The notes: a model not told the origin generated them from the letters alone. Positions 21,615-30,899 are shown, counted from the first letter of the stretch. The stretch: 64,000 nt of DNA from an uncultured Gemmatimonadaceae bacterium (GCA_963781585.1 CAWAGQ010000003.1:128001-192000), one strand, 5' to 3'. Translations and numbers: made by a program.

Positions 21615-22664
21615 ATGGTGGACACCCGGCATTGTGGTCGTCACGCGGTGACACGGAGCAGAAGCGCCGTATCGGTCGCACGACTGGCGAGCCTGAGCGT
21701 TGCAGTGGCATGCCTGCAGACTGGCTGCGCGGGTGGTACGCGAGGGAGCGTGCGCGTGGTCGTGCCGCCCGGTGCGAGCATGAGGACCGCGGCCGAATCG
21801 CTGGCAGTCCACGGTGTGATCGCGTCGGCCCGAATGTTCCGGCTCTATGCCACCGTGCGCGGGAGCGACCGCCACCTCCGTGCAGGCACCTATCTGTTGC
21901 GCCGCGATGCATCGTGGGCGGACCTGCTGGACGGGCTGGTCTCGGGACGGGGCCTCGTGTATACGGTGACCGTCCCCGAAGGTTGGGAGGTGAAGCAGAT
22001 CATTCCAGCGCTGGCGAGTCACGTGGGTGTTCCCGCGGAGTCGTTGGAGGTTGCGGTACGGGACACCGCACTTCTGCACCGGCTGGACGTGCCGGCTCCG
22101 ACGCTGGAGGGCTACCTCTTCCCGGAGACGTACGTGTTCCCGGACGGTGCATCGGCGCGGGACATCGTGCGCACGATGGTGGCCGAATTCGAGCGCCGAT
22201 GGAAGCCCGAGTGGAACGACAGGCTCGCCGCCCTGGCCATGTCCCGGAATGACATCATCACCCTCGCGTCGATCATCGAGAAGGAAGCCAGGCTTCCCGA
22301 GGAGCGGCCGGTGATTTCGGCGGTGTACCAGAATCGGTTGCGGCTGGGGATGCCCCTTCAGGCCGATCCCACGGTACAGTTCGCGTTAGGCCACCACGTC
22401 GCCCGAGTCCGGTCGCGGGATCTGGCAGTGAAGTCGAGCTACAACACCTATCTCACGCCGGGATTGCCGCCGGGACCGATCGCGTCGCCGGGGACCGCCA
22501 GCATCGAGGCGGCGCTATTCCCGGCCTCGGTGAAGTACCTGTATTTCGTGGCGCACCCCGACGGCCATCACGAGTTTCGCCGGACGTTCCGCGAGCACCA
22601 GGAGGCGGTGCGTCTGGTCCGCGCCGAGCGGCGCGCGCTGGAGCGGGCGGGCAAGTCCCCGTGA
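21615..22664 (+). CDS. mltG: Endolytic transglycosylase MltG
   Basis: LEGYLFPETY, ASIIEKE, GMPLQADPTV, YNTY..PGLPPGPI, YLYFVA. Confidence 0.95.
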   Translation: MVDTRHCGRHAVTRSRSAVSVARLASLSVAVACLQTGCAGGTRGSVRVVVPPGASMRTAAESLAVHGVIASARMFRLYATVRGSDRHLRAGTYLLRRDASWADLLDGLVSGRGLVYTVTVPEGWEVKQIIPALASHVGVPAESLEVAVRDTALLHRLDVPAPTLEGYLFPETYVFPDGASARDIVRTMVAEFERRWKPEWNDRLAALAMSRNDIITLASIIEKEARLPEERPVISAVYQNRLRLGMPLQADPTVQFALGHHVARVRSRDLAVKSSYNTYLTPGLPPGPIASPGTASIEAALFPASVKYLYFVAHPDGHHEFRRTFREHQEAVRLVRAERRALERAGKSP

Positions 22665-22761
22665 CGGCGCCGAGCCGCGACCGGCTCGGCCTCCTGAGGC
22701 GCCCGCGTGCACGCCGCGCGAGCGCGCCCGGCGGCGCCTTTCCTGCCATCGGTATCTGGCG

Positions 22762-23928
22762 ATGGGCGATTCGGCGACGGTGAGCCGGCGGGGGGCGCTG
22801 CGCTGGGAGCGCGGGCACCCCTGGATATTCCGGAGCGACGTGACGCACCGGCCGGGAGTGACCGCCGGCGGGGTGCGAGTTCGCGACGAGCGGGGGCGAT
22901 GGCTCGGGATCGCACTGTGGAGTCCGGCGTCGGAAATCTCGCTGCGTCTGCTCGACACCAACGCCGATGCACAGCTCGACGACCTGTGGTGGGCCGCTCG
23001 CATGAGAGGAGCGGTGGATCGCCGGGCACCGATCGGCGCCGTGTCAAACGCTTGCCGTCTGATCCATGCGGAAGGGGACGCGCTGCCGTCCCTGGTTTGT
23101 GACCGCTACGATCGCTGGCTGGTGCTGCAAATCCTGAGCGCGGGACTCGAAGCATACCGCGACCCGATCGTGAACGCCCTCGTTGGGCTGACGAACGCCG
23201 AAGGTGTGCTGGCGCGGAACGACGTACCCCTCCGGTCGCGCGAGGGACTGGTTCGCGAAACCACCGTGCTCCACGGAGAGGTACCGCAGGTGCTGGAGGT
23301 GCAGGAGTATGGCGTCCGGATGCGGGTTGCCCCGTGGACCGGCCAGAAGACGGGGGCGTTTCTCGATCAGCGCGAGAGCCGGCACCGCATGGGGGCGCTG
23401 GCGCGCGGCCGGGCGCTCGACTGCTTCTGCTACCACGGCTCCTTTTCGCTCCACATGGCGGAGCGGGCAGAGCGCGTCACGGCGATCGACTCGTCGAGCG
23501 AGGCAGTGACGCGGGCCATCGAGAACGCCCGGCTCAACGCCCTGGCGAACGTGGACGTGATCGAGGAGAACGCCTTCGACTTCCTGCGTGCCGCCGACCG
23601 CGCCGGAGCGCGCTTCGACACGATCATCCTGGATCCACCCGCGTTCGCGAAGAGCCGTGACACGGTGGAGAGTGCGCTGCGGGGATATCACGAGATCAAC
23701 CTGCGCGCCATGCGGATCCTGGAGCCGGGCGGTCTGTTGTATACCGCGAGCTGCAGCTATCACGTGACGAAGCCGCTATTCCTCGAAATGGTCGACCGGG
23801 CGGCCGCGGACGCGGGACGCCGGATCCAGCTGAGGGAGCTGATCAGTCAGCCCATCGACCACCCCGAGATCCTCACGATCCCCGAGACCGGATACCTGAA
23901 GGGTGCCATTGTCGAGGCGCGAGACTAG
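22762..23928 (+). CDS. RlmI-like class I SAM-dependent rRNA methyltransferase
   Basis: PUA-like GHPWIF, GQKTGAFLDQR, DPPAF, SCS. Confidence 0.9.
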   Translation: MGDSATVSRRGALRWERGHPWIFRSDVTHRPGVTAGGVRVRDERGRWLGIALWSPASEISLRLLDTNADAQLDDLWWAARMRGAVDRRAPIGAVSNACRLIHAEGDALPSLVCDRYDRWLVLQILSAGLEAYRDPIVNALVGLTNAEGVLARNDVPLRSREGLVRETTVLHGEVPQVLEVQEYGVRMRVAPWTGQKTGAFLDQRESRHRMGALARGRALDCFCYHGSFSLHMAERAERVTAIDSSSEAVTRAIENARLNALANVDVIEENAFDFLRAADRAGARFDTIILDPPAFAKSRDTVESALRGYHEINLRAMRILEPGGLLYTASCSYHVTKPLFLEMVDRAAADAGRRIQLRELISQPIDHPEILTIPETGYLKGAIVEARD

Positions 23929-23939
23929 CGCGGCGCGAA

Positions 23940-24734
23940 TCATCGCTGGCAGTGCGGGCAGAAATAGGTCGACCGGGCCCCCTGGGTGATGCGCCGGATT
24001 CTGCCGGCGCAGCGACGACAGCGCTGTCCCTCGCGATCGTAGACGGCAAAGCGGGCAGGGGCTGATCGGGTCGCTGCCTGCCGAAGGTAGCGGACCGCCA
24101 GTCGTCGCGCCCGCTCGATGACGCGGCGCATGGCGTGCACCAGCCGCGCGACCCGGGCGCGTGAAAGGTGCTGCGCCGGCACGCGCGGATCGATCCGCGC
24201 GCGCCAGAGGACCTCCGCCACGTAGATGTTCCCCAGCCCGGCCACCACACGCTGATCGAGGAGCGCGTTCTTGATCGTGCCGGGGCGCCTGGCCAGGGCC
24301 CGCCGCAACCTCTCCGCGTCGAGCCGCGGATCGTCGGCTTCGGGGCCGAGATCGGGAAGCGGGTCGCTGCCGGCGGGGTGCAGCGAGACGGCCGAGAGGG
24401 CCCGCGGGTCCGCGAGCACCAGACGTCGGCCGCTGTCGAAGGTGATCACGACGCGGGCGTGCGCCGGCAGCGGGTCGGCGCCGGTCACGACCTGCCAGTC
24501 TCCGGTCATGCGAAAGTGCACCTGCAGCAGGCGTCCGCTCGTCAGGCGGAAGAGCTGGTATTTTCCGCGGCGCAAGACCGCGCCAACGCCGTCACCCGCC
24601 AGGGAGCGTGCGGCTCGAGCGGGGAGGACACGCCGCTGCGCGGGGTGCCTCACCTCCACACTCGTTATGACGCGCCCCCGCGCGGCGGCGCGCGCCACGG
24701 TGGCAGCGGCTTCGACTTCGGGGAGTTCCGGCAT
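23940..24734 (-). CDS. mutM: Formamidopyrimidine-DNA glycosylase
   Basis: MPELPEVE, RRGKY, LLDQ..VAGLGNIY, zinc finger CRRC...CPHCQ. Confidence 0.95.
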   Translation of the reverse strand: MPELPEVEAAATVARAAARGRVITSVEVRHPAQRRVLPARAARSLAGDGVGAVLRRGKYQLFRLTSGRLLQVHFRMTGDWQVVTGADPLPAHARVVITFDSGRRLVLADPRALSAVSLHPAGSDPLPDLGPEADDPRLDAERLRRALARRPGTIKNALLDQRVVAGLGNIYVAEVLWRARIDPRVPAQHLSRARVARLVHAMRRVIERARRLAVRYLRQAATRSAPARFAVYDREGQRCRRCAGRIRRITQGARSTYFCPHCQR

Positions 24735-24840
24735 GTTTGCTCCACGAAATCTGCCTGACGCGAGGATCGTGCAGAAGCCGCAACCCTTGCGCGCCTAGCG
24801 AGACTGTCTAGGTTTGAGGCGTCACCGATCGCGCGGAGTC

Positions 24841-25653
24841 ATGGCGCAAAGAGCTCACCTCTCGCTCCGGTACGAATACGAACTGTACGTTGAGCAGGAG
24901 ATCGAGACCTACAAGGACTCGATCCCGCGGTCGGCGATTCTCCGTATCGGCGATGAGGCGGTGGCCATCCTGCGTGAGCTCGAGCAGCCGGAATTCGACG
25001 AGCTGGTCATCTGGGCCGAAGTCGATCGCATCATTCGGCGTCGTCTCCGGCTTCCGAACTATGTCAGTTGGCGCCGCCGCCGCCTGAAACTGCTTGCCCA
25101 GTACCGGCGACCCGAGCATTGGGGCCTTGCCGCCGACGCCCCGCTGGTTCGCGAGATCATCCCCGACTCCGAAACCCGCGTCCTGGTGGCCGGGATCCGT
25201 CAGCAGGGGCCGGTACTCTACCTGGCCGCGAAAGGATGTCGCGTGACCGCGCTCGAAGAGGATGAGGAGGCCGTGGAACGCGTGATCGCGGCGGCGGGCC
25301 AGGTCGGCCTGACCTCCAGAGTGAATGGCCGCGCCGTGGGACTCGACGCCTGGGCACCCGATGCGCCACTGCACGCTGTGGTCTGCACCCCGGCGGCGTT
25401 CGAACACCTCTCATCCGACGAGCGCGTTCGCGTGATCGAGCTGCTCAAGAGCGCCACGATGGATGGCGGCGTGCACCTGGTTGAGACGCTGGTGGCGGGG
25501 CAAAACGAGCAGGGGCGGGGCGACAAATCGCGCCGCGCTCCCGGTGTCCTGAGCGACGCGGAGCTGCGTGCGCGGTATCGCGGATGGGACATCAGCATCG
25601 TACGCGACGAGCGATCCAACCGGACTTTCCTGGCGCGAAAGAGCGTCGCCTAG
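24841..25653 (+). CDS. Hypothetical protein with an N-terminal helical domain and a degenerate TehB-like SAM-methyltransferase fold
   Basis: VLYLAAKGCRVTALE...ATMDGGVHLVE...ELRARYRGWDI resembles TehB/Methyltransf, but there is no GxGxG motif. Confidence 0.6.
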   Translation: MAQRAHLSLRYEYELYVEQEIETYKDSIPRSAILRIGDEAVAILRELEQPEFDELVIWAEVDRIIRRRLRLPNYVSWRRRRLKLLAQYRRPEHWGLAADAPLVREIIPDSETRVLVAGIRQQGPVLYLAAKGCRVTALEEDEEAVERVIAAAGQVGLTSRVNGRAVGLDAWAPDAPLHAVVCTPAAFEHLSSDERVRVIELLKSATMDGGVHLVETLVAGQNEQGRGDKSRRAPGVLSDAELRARYRGWDISIVRDERSNRTFLARKSVA

Positions 25654-26062
25654 CTTCGCGCTGCCTGCCACCCGGGCTTTCCACGGGCGGCTGCTGGTGG
25701 TGTGGCAGAACGATACTGGTTGCCGATTGGCGACGTGTCTTTTCGCGACAGCCGAGGCGAACCGCGGCACGGCGACGCTGGCTAACACGGCGCGCACGTG
25801 GAGGTTGCACGCGACGTCGGTCCGGGCACCAATAGTGCCAAGCGGTGCTCGCGGAACGCGTCCCATACTAATAGTCGCGGCGGCCGCATTCGGTGAACCG
25901 TTCTCGCCGACTGCGGCCGCAACGCGTGGGGCTTGGCGCGTAGGTGCGATAATCGGGTCGCGAGCGCGGTTCCTCGTTGTCGATCGGGAAACAGGCGGCG
26001 CCAGGTTTCCCGTCCGGCACGGACGACATCCACTGAACTGGCGCAGCGAGAGGAATCATTCG

Positions 26063-26221
26063 GTGCCCAAGAGCCGTCAGACCGTAGCGGTTGAGCAGGA
26101 GCCCATCGGCATCATCATCTCGCGGGGACGCATTGTCGAGCCGTCGCCGCGGGTCACCGCATTCGTATGGGGGATCGGCGACGAGCCGGAGGAGGAGATT
26201 GCGACGCCAAAGCCCGCCTAG
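26063..26221 (+). CDS. Small hypothetical protein (52 aa)
   Basis: GAGAGGA RBS then GTG; VPKSRQTVAVEQEPIGIIISRG...AFVWG; ends before the bidirectional terminator. Confidence 0.55.
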   Translation: MPKSRQTVAVEQEPIGIIISRGRIVEPSPRVTAFVWGIGDEPEEEIATPKPA

Positions 26222-26315
26222 GGCATTGGACCCTCCGGACCGCTCCCGAAGGCCATTCCGGAAGCGGCCCGCCTGAGAACGCGAGCTCGGGGTCCGGGGG
26301 GAAGACACTTGCGGA

Positions 26316-26352
26316 AACAAAAAAGCCGGCGCAAAGCGCCGGCTTTTTTGTT
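26316..26352. terminator. Bidirectional intrinsic terminator
   Basis: AACAAAAAAGCCGGCGC-AAA-GCGCCGGCTTTTTTGTT. Confidence 0.92.
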
Positions 26353-26367
26353 GGGCCGACCGCGTTA

Positions 26368-26412
26368 CTACTTCTTCTTTTTCTTCGCGGCCTTCTTCTT
26401 CTTCGCAGCCAT
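26368..26412 (-). CDS. 14-aa lysine-rich micro-protein MAAKKKKAAKKKKK
   Basis: GGAG 6 nt before the ATG, in-frame AAG/AAA/GCN codons, tandem TAG TAA stops, terminator 12 nt later. Confidence 0.65.
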   Translation of the reverse strand: MAAKKKKAAKKKKK

Positions 26413-26635
26413 TGAAAGCTCCATGGTCTGGAGTTGAACACCGATCCAATCCCCCGGTGGACTGGTCGGCAGCAACCGGATGTGCGAACACCCGATTGGT
26501 TCTGCGCGCCGGACTGCGGCGCTTTACTGCGACAGTCGATCTGGGCCCGTCTCTTATCAAACAGATCGCGACGTCACGCGGCTTGGCGAGTACCGACGAT
26601 TCGCGCGCGCCCGCGTTTCAGCCGAAGTTGCCAGA

Positions 26636-26644
26636 ATTATATCA
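26636..26644 (-). promoter_or_regulatory. Extended -10 promoter (TGnTATAAT) upstream of the micro-ORF
   Basis: The minus strand reads TGATATAAT, about 225 nt upstream of the ATG at 26412. Confidence 0.5.
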
Positions 26645-27232
26645 CGTCAGGTGAACGCATACAGCTGAGTCGACGGCAGCGGGGCCGGCGGCCAAGTGCG
26701 GAGCGATGAGCCAGCATCACCTCGGGGGAGCGAGCGCCCGCCGTCGAATGAGGTGAGTTCATCTCGGTTGAGCGCGCTCCCGGCCACAGCCGCCGAGGGG
26801 CTCATCGAGGAAGGAGCGAGTAGCGCGTTCTGGAGAATATGTGATTGGGTTAGAACCCACGCAGCAACCTCGCGCGCACACACGTGCGACGGGAGCGAAT
26901 ATAGGATACCGCGAAATCGCACGCAATACTCTCGCGAGCCGGCGTAGTCGCTCGAAGGATCGGACCCGCGTCGTCGTGGGCCCGCGACGCGATGTCGGCC
27001 GAGGCAGCACGCGCGTCGATCGCCGAGGGAGAACGACGCGCGACGCCGGCAAAATTCGCGAAGCGCAGATCGACGTCCTTCGATTCGCGGCGGCACCGCA
27101 TCGCGGACACCGCGCCGTGCATGGGACGGCGACCGGGGACGCGCGATACGCTGGCGGGCGCCGCCGATCGCACGATCCGGGCTCCTCTCCACCTCCCCTT
27201 CTCTGTCCTCGCCTCCTAGAATCCTTATGAGA

Positions 27233-27267
27233 GCCCAAGGGCCAGAGGCCAAGGGCTCGAGGCGAGA
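27233..27267 (+). repeat. Short degenerate heptamer tandem repeat (GGCCAAG/GGCCAGA)
   Basis: GCCCAAG GGCCAGA GGCCAAG GGCTCGA GGCGAGA; the same unit occurs at 11280 and 62351. Confidence 0.5.
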
Positions 27268-27292
27268 GTCGTTTCTTTATTTGCCGTGACGA

Positions 27293-30200
27293 ATGCCAAC
27301 ACTCTCCATTGACGGTCGATCGGTTACGGTTGCCGAAGGCGCCACCATCCTGGACGCGGCGCGCGTGCTCGAGATCGACGTCCCGACGCTCTGCTGGTAC
27401 CCCAAGCTGCCGGTAGTCGGCAATTGTCGCATCTGTCTGGTCACCGTCGCGGGGAATCCCAAGCTGGTTCCCGCGTGCGCCACCCAGGCCGCGGACGGTA
27501 TGGAAGTCACCACCGAGTCGCTCGCTGCGGTGAAGAGCCGGCACGGCGTGCTCAGCATGCTGCTCGAGCGTTATCCGGCAGCTGACATTCCGGAAACGGG
27601 GTATCGCAACGAATTCGAAGCGCTCGTCCGGCGCTACGACGTCCCGTCCGTGCGGCGATCGGGTATGGCCCTTCGCGCGGGGGACGAGCGCGACGGCGAC
27701 CCGATCATTCAGCACGATATGAGCCTCTGCATCCTGTGCACGCGGTGTGTCCGGGCCTGCGAGGACATTCAGGTGGTTGGGGTGCTCGACGTGGCGAACC
27801 GGGGTGATCACACGGAGATCATCGTGGGAGCCGACGGAAATCCCGAACACGCCGGGTGCACCTGGTGCGGTGAGTGCGTTCGCGTGTGTCCCACCGGCGC
27901 CATCCACGACATCATCCCGATGGCGATTCGCATGGCGGACGGCCAGTCCGCGAGTCGGGTGAGCTCCAAGGACATGCCGCCCGCGGACCGAACCGTGCGC
28001 AGTGTCTGTCCGTACTGCGGCGTCGGATGTCAGATCGATCTCCAGGTCCGCGACGGCAGCGTGGTACACGTGCAGAGCCCGTGGATCGAGGAGAACACGC
28101 CCAACCAGGGCTCTACCTGTGTGAAGGGGCGCTTCGGGACCGACTTCGTGCAACATCGCGACCGCCTGGGTGTGCCGCTCATCCGCCGTGGCTGGGTGAA
28201 GCGCGCCGGCGGCTGGGTCTACGATCCCGCGGACGACGGTGGCGGACGATGGGGACGACGCGGTGGACCGTGGAACCTGGTCCAAGACGAGGCGAGGACG
28301 CGGAAGCGACGGCCGCCATCGAATCCGCTGGTGACAGCGCCCACCGGGATCGGCCCATTGGGAGACGCGCGCGACCGCGTCGCCACGCCGCACGAGTGGT
28401 ATGAGCCGTTCCGCGAGGCGACGTGGGAAGAAGCCCTGGAACTCACCGCGCAGGAGCTTGTGAGGCTGAAGAACACCCACGGTCCCAACTCGCTGGCCGT
28501 GTTCCAGTCCGCCAAGTGTACGAACGAAGAGAACTACCTGCTCCAGCGCATGTTCCGCGGCGGACTGGGCACGAACAACGTCGATCACTGCACGCGCCTC
28601 TGTCACTCGTCGTCGGTGAGCGCGATGCAGCGGTCCATGAACACCAGCGCCGCGTCGGGCTCGATGCGGGAAGTCGAGACCGAGGCAGACGTGGTTTTCC
28701 TCCTGGGAGCCAACACCACGGAATCGCACCCCGTCTTCGGGGCCGCGATAAAACGGGCAGTCAAGCGCGGAGCGACGCTCATCGTGTGCGACCCACGGCG
28801 CATCGAGCTGGCGCAGCGCGCCCACATTCATCTGCAGGCCCTCCCGGGTACCGACGTCGCGCTCCTGAACGCGATGCTGAACCACATCCTGGCGCTGGGG
28901 CTCGAAGACGAGGAGTTCATCGCCGCACGCACGCACGAGTTTGCGGCAGTCCGCGACGCCGTGCGCCCCTACACCCCCGAGCGCGCCGAGACGATCACCG
29001 GTGTTCGGGCGGACCTCATCCGGCGGGCGGCCGAGCTCTACGCGCGCGGGCCAAGATCCTCGACGCTCTGGGCGATGGGTCTGACCCAGCACCGCACGGG
29101 CACCGACATCGTGGCCGCCCTGCTGAATCTCATCCTCGCCACGGGAATGATCGGCCGATGGGGCGCCGCCATGCTCCCCATCCGCGGACAAAACAACGTG
29201 CAGGGCGCGAGCGACGTGGGCGCCATCCCCATGGTCTACACGGACTATCAACCGGTCACCGACCCCGCGATCCGGCACGTGTTCGCGTCCGCCTGGGGCG
29301 TGCCGGATGAGCGCATCCCGCTCGAGGTCGGGCTCAAGGTGACAGACATCGTGCAGGAGGACAGTCCGGTACGCGGCATGTTCATCATGGGGGAGAACCC
29401 CATCCTGTCCGATCCCGAGGTCTCGCACGCGGAACACTGGTTCCGTGAACTCGAGTTTCTCACCGTCCAGGACCTCTTCCTGACGGAGACGGCACGGTAC
29501 GCCGACGTCGTACTTCCCGGTGCTTCGTTCGCCGAGAAGACGGGCACGTTCGTCAACACGGAGCGACGAATCCAGCTGTCGCACCAGGCGATCGATCCAC
29601 CAGGCGTGGCGCGCGCCGATCTCGACATCATCATCGATCTGTCCAACCGGATCGGTCTGCCGACGCGGTTCCGCAACTCGGCCGAGGTCATGGACGAGAT
29701 TGCGAGCGTCACACCATCGTGGCGCGGTGTCTCGCACCGCCGGCTGGAGGAATCGGGCGGGCTCCAGTATCCGGTGCCGCACGAAACGCACGGGGGCACC
29801 GACTTTCTGTTCGCGGAGTCGTTCCCGACCGCCGACGGCCGCGCCACGTTCGTTCCGGTGGAGTTTCTGCCGCCGGCGGAGCTGCCGGACGACGACTATC
29901 CGTTCATGCTCAACACCGGGCGCCAGATGTACCACTGGCACACCGGGACGATGACCCGGCGGTCCTTCGCGCTCGACGCCCGCGAGCCAGGCCCCATCGT
30001 GGAGCTCAATCCCGAAGACGCGCGGGAGCTGAACGTGCTCGACGGCGATGAAGTGGTGGTCGCATCGCGCCGCGGCATGGTGAGGATTTCCGTGCGGATG
30101 TCGGGCCGCGTGGCGCGGAAGCAGGTCTTCATCCCGATGCACTATCGAGAGGCGGCGGTTAACCTGCTCACGAACCCGCAGTTGGATCCGTATGCGGGGA

Positions 30201-30310
30201 TCCCCGAATTCAAGGTCTGTGCCGTGTCTGTCGCCAAGGCGGGAAGAGAGGAAACGAGGTCGACGGCCGGCCGGACTCCGAAAGCGGAGGTCGCGCACCC
30301 GGGAGATTGA
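27293..30310 (+). CDS. fdhF: Formate dehydrogenase alpha subunit (Mo/W-bisPGD, Cys ligand) with N-terminal Fe-S domains
   Basis: 2Fe-2S PTLC...GNCRICLV...PAC; two 4Fe-4S motifs CILCTRCVRAC and CTWCGECVRVCP; CPYCGVGC; active site CTRLCHS; RGQNNVQG. Confidence 0.92.
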   Translation: MPTLSIDGRSVTVAEGATILDAARVLEIDVPTLCWYPKLPVVGNCRICLVTVAGNPKLVPACATQAADGMEVTTESLAAVKSRHGVLSMLLERYPAADIPETGYRNEFEALVRRYDVPSVRRSGMALRAGDERDGDPIIQHDMSLCILCTRCVRACEDIQVVGVLDVANRGDHTEIIVGADGNPEHAGCTWCGECVRVCPTGAIHDIIPMAIRMADGQSASRVSSKDMPPADRTVRSVCPYCGVGCQIDLQVRDGSVVHVQSPWIEENTPNQGSTCVKGRFGTDFVQHRDRLGVPLIRRGWVKRAGGWVYDPADDGGGRWGRRGGPWNLVQDEARTRKRRPPSNPLVTAPTGIGPLGDARDRVATPHEWYEPFREATWEEALELTAQELVRLKNTHGPNSLAVFQSAKCTNEENYLLQRMFRGGLGTNNVDHCTRLCHSSSVSAMQRSMNTSAASGSMREVETEADVVFLLGANTTESHPVFGAAIKRAVKRGATLIVCDPRRIELAQRAHIHLQALPGTDVALLNAMLNHILALGLEDEEFIAARTHEFAAVRDAVRPYTPERAETITGVRADLIRRAAELYARGPRSSTLWAMGLTQHRTGTDIVAALLNLILATGMIGRWGAAMLPIRGQNNVQGASDVGAIPMVYTDYQPVTDPAIRHVFASAWGVPDERIPLEVGLKVTDIVQEDSPVRGMFIMGENPILSDPEVSHAEHWFRELEFLTVQDLFLTETARYADVVLPGASFAEKTGTFVNTERRIQLSHQAIDPPGVARADLDIIIDLSNRIGLPTRFRNSAEVMDEIASVTPSWRGVSHRRLEESGGLQYPVPHETHGGTDFLFAESFPTADGRATFVPVEFLPPAELPDDDYPFMLNTGRQMYHWHTGTMTRRSFALDAREPGPIVELNPEDARELNVLDGDEVVVASRRGMVRISVRMSGRVARKQVFIPMHYREAAVNLLTNPQLDPYAGIPEFKVCAVSVAKAGREETRSTAGRTPKAEVAHPGD

Positions 30311-30398
30311 GGTGCGGGCATACGAGGCTCGTCGGGTGTCTTCATGGTGCAATGCCGGGCCCCGCCGGGCCCTTCAGTCGTCCCGATCCGGAGACCAT

Positions 30399-30899
30399 GT
30401 GAACCCTCTTCGCCGGACCGTGCGCGCCATTCTCTCACTCGTTGGAGTGTCCGCCCTCGGCGCGTGCTCGATCTTCAGCAATCCGGACCCGTCGAAGGTC
30501 GATGTCCGCTCCAGCACCGAGGCGGCCGACCTCGTCCTCGGCGACACGGCGCGCATCACGATCGACGTCGTGAACGTCAGCGCGGCCATCGTGCGGGTGG
30601 GGCAAACCAACTGCAACGGTGATTTCGTCTTCGTGAACGCGCGTGGCGCGACGTTCCATCCCGCCGAATACATGCCGTGCACTCTGGCCCTCACGGCGCC
30701 CACCGAGCTGGCTCCGGGCGACACCTTGCACATGCAGGCCTTCACGACGGGGCGTGCGGTGCCTGAAGGGTCGCAGGCCGCACCCATCACGCTGGCACCG
30801 GGCACCTACACGATCCGACCGACGGTGGCAGTGTCGGAAGGCAGCGCCACCGCGGTCGCGGCGCGGAGTACGCCGGCCCGCATTACGTTCCGTGACTAG
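30399..30899 (+). CDS. Putative lipoprotein with a beta-sandwich fold
   Basis: GGAG RBS, GTG start, lipobox LGA-C, Ig-like pattern ending LAPGTYTI. Confidence 0.65.
   Translation: MNPLRRTVRAILSLVGVSALGACSIFSNPDPSKVDVRSSTEAADLVLGDTARITIDVVNVSAAIVRVGQTNCNGDFVFVNARGATFHPAEYMPCTLALTAPTELAPGDTLHMQAFTTGRAVPEGSQAAPITLAPGTYTIRPTVAVSEGSATAVAARSTPARITFRD

Noticed and set aside
26365..26412. Lysine attenuator leader peptide
   Set aside because: No downstream same-strand operon follows the terminator; the next gene is convergent.
28580..28620. Selenocysteine recoding in the formate dehydrogenase
   Set aside because: The active-site codon is TGT (Cys) in an uninterrupted ORF.
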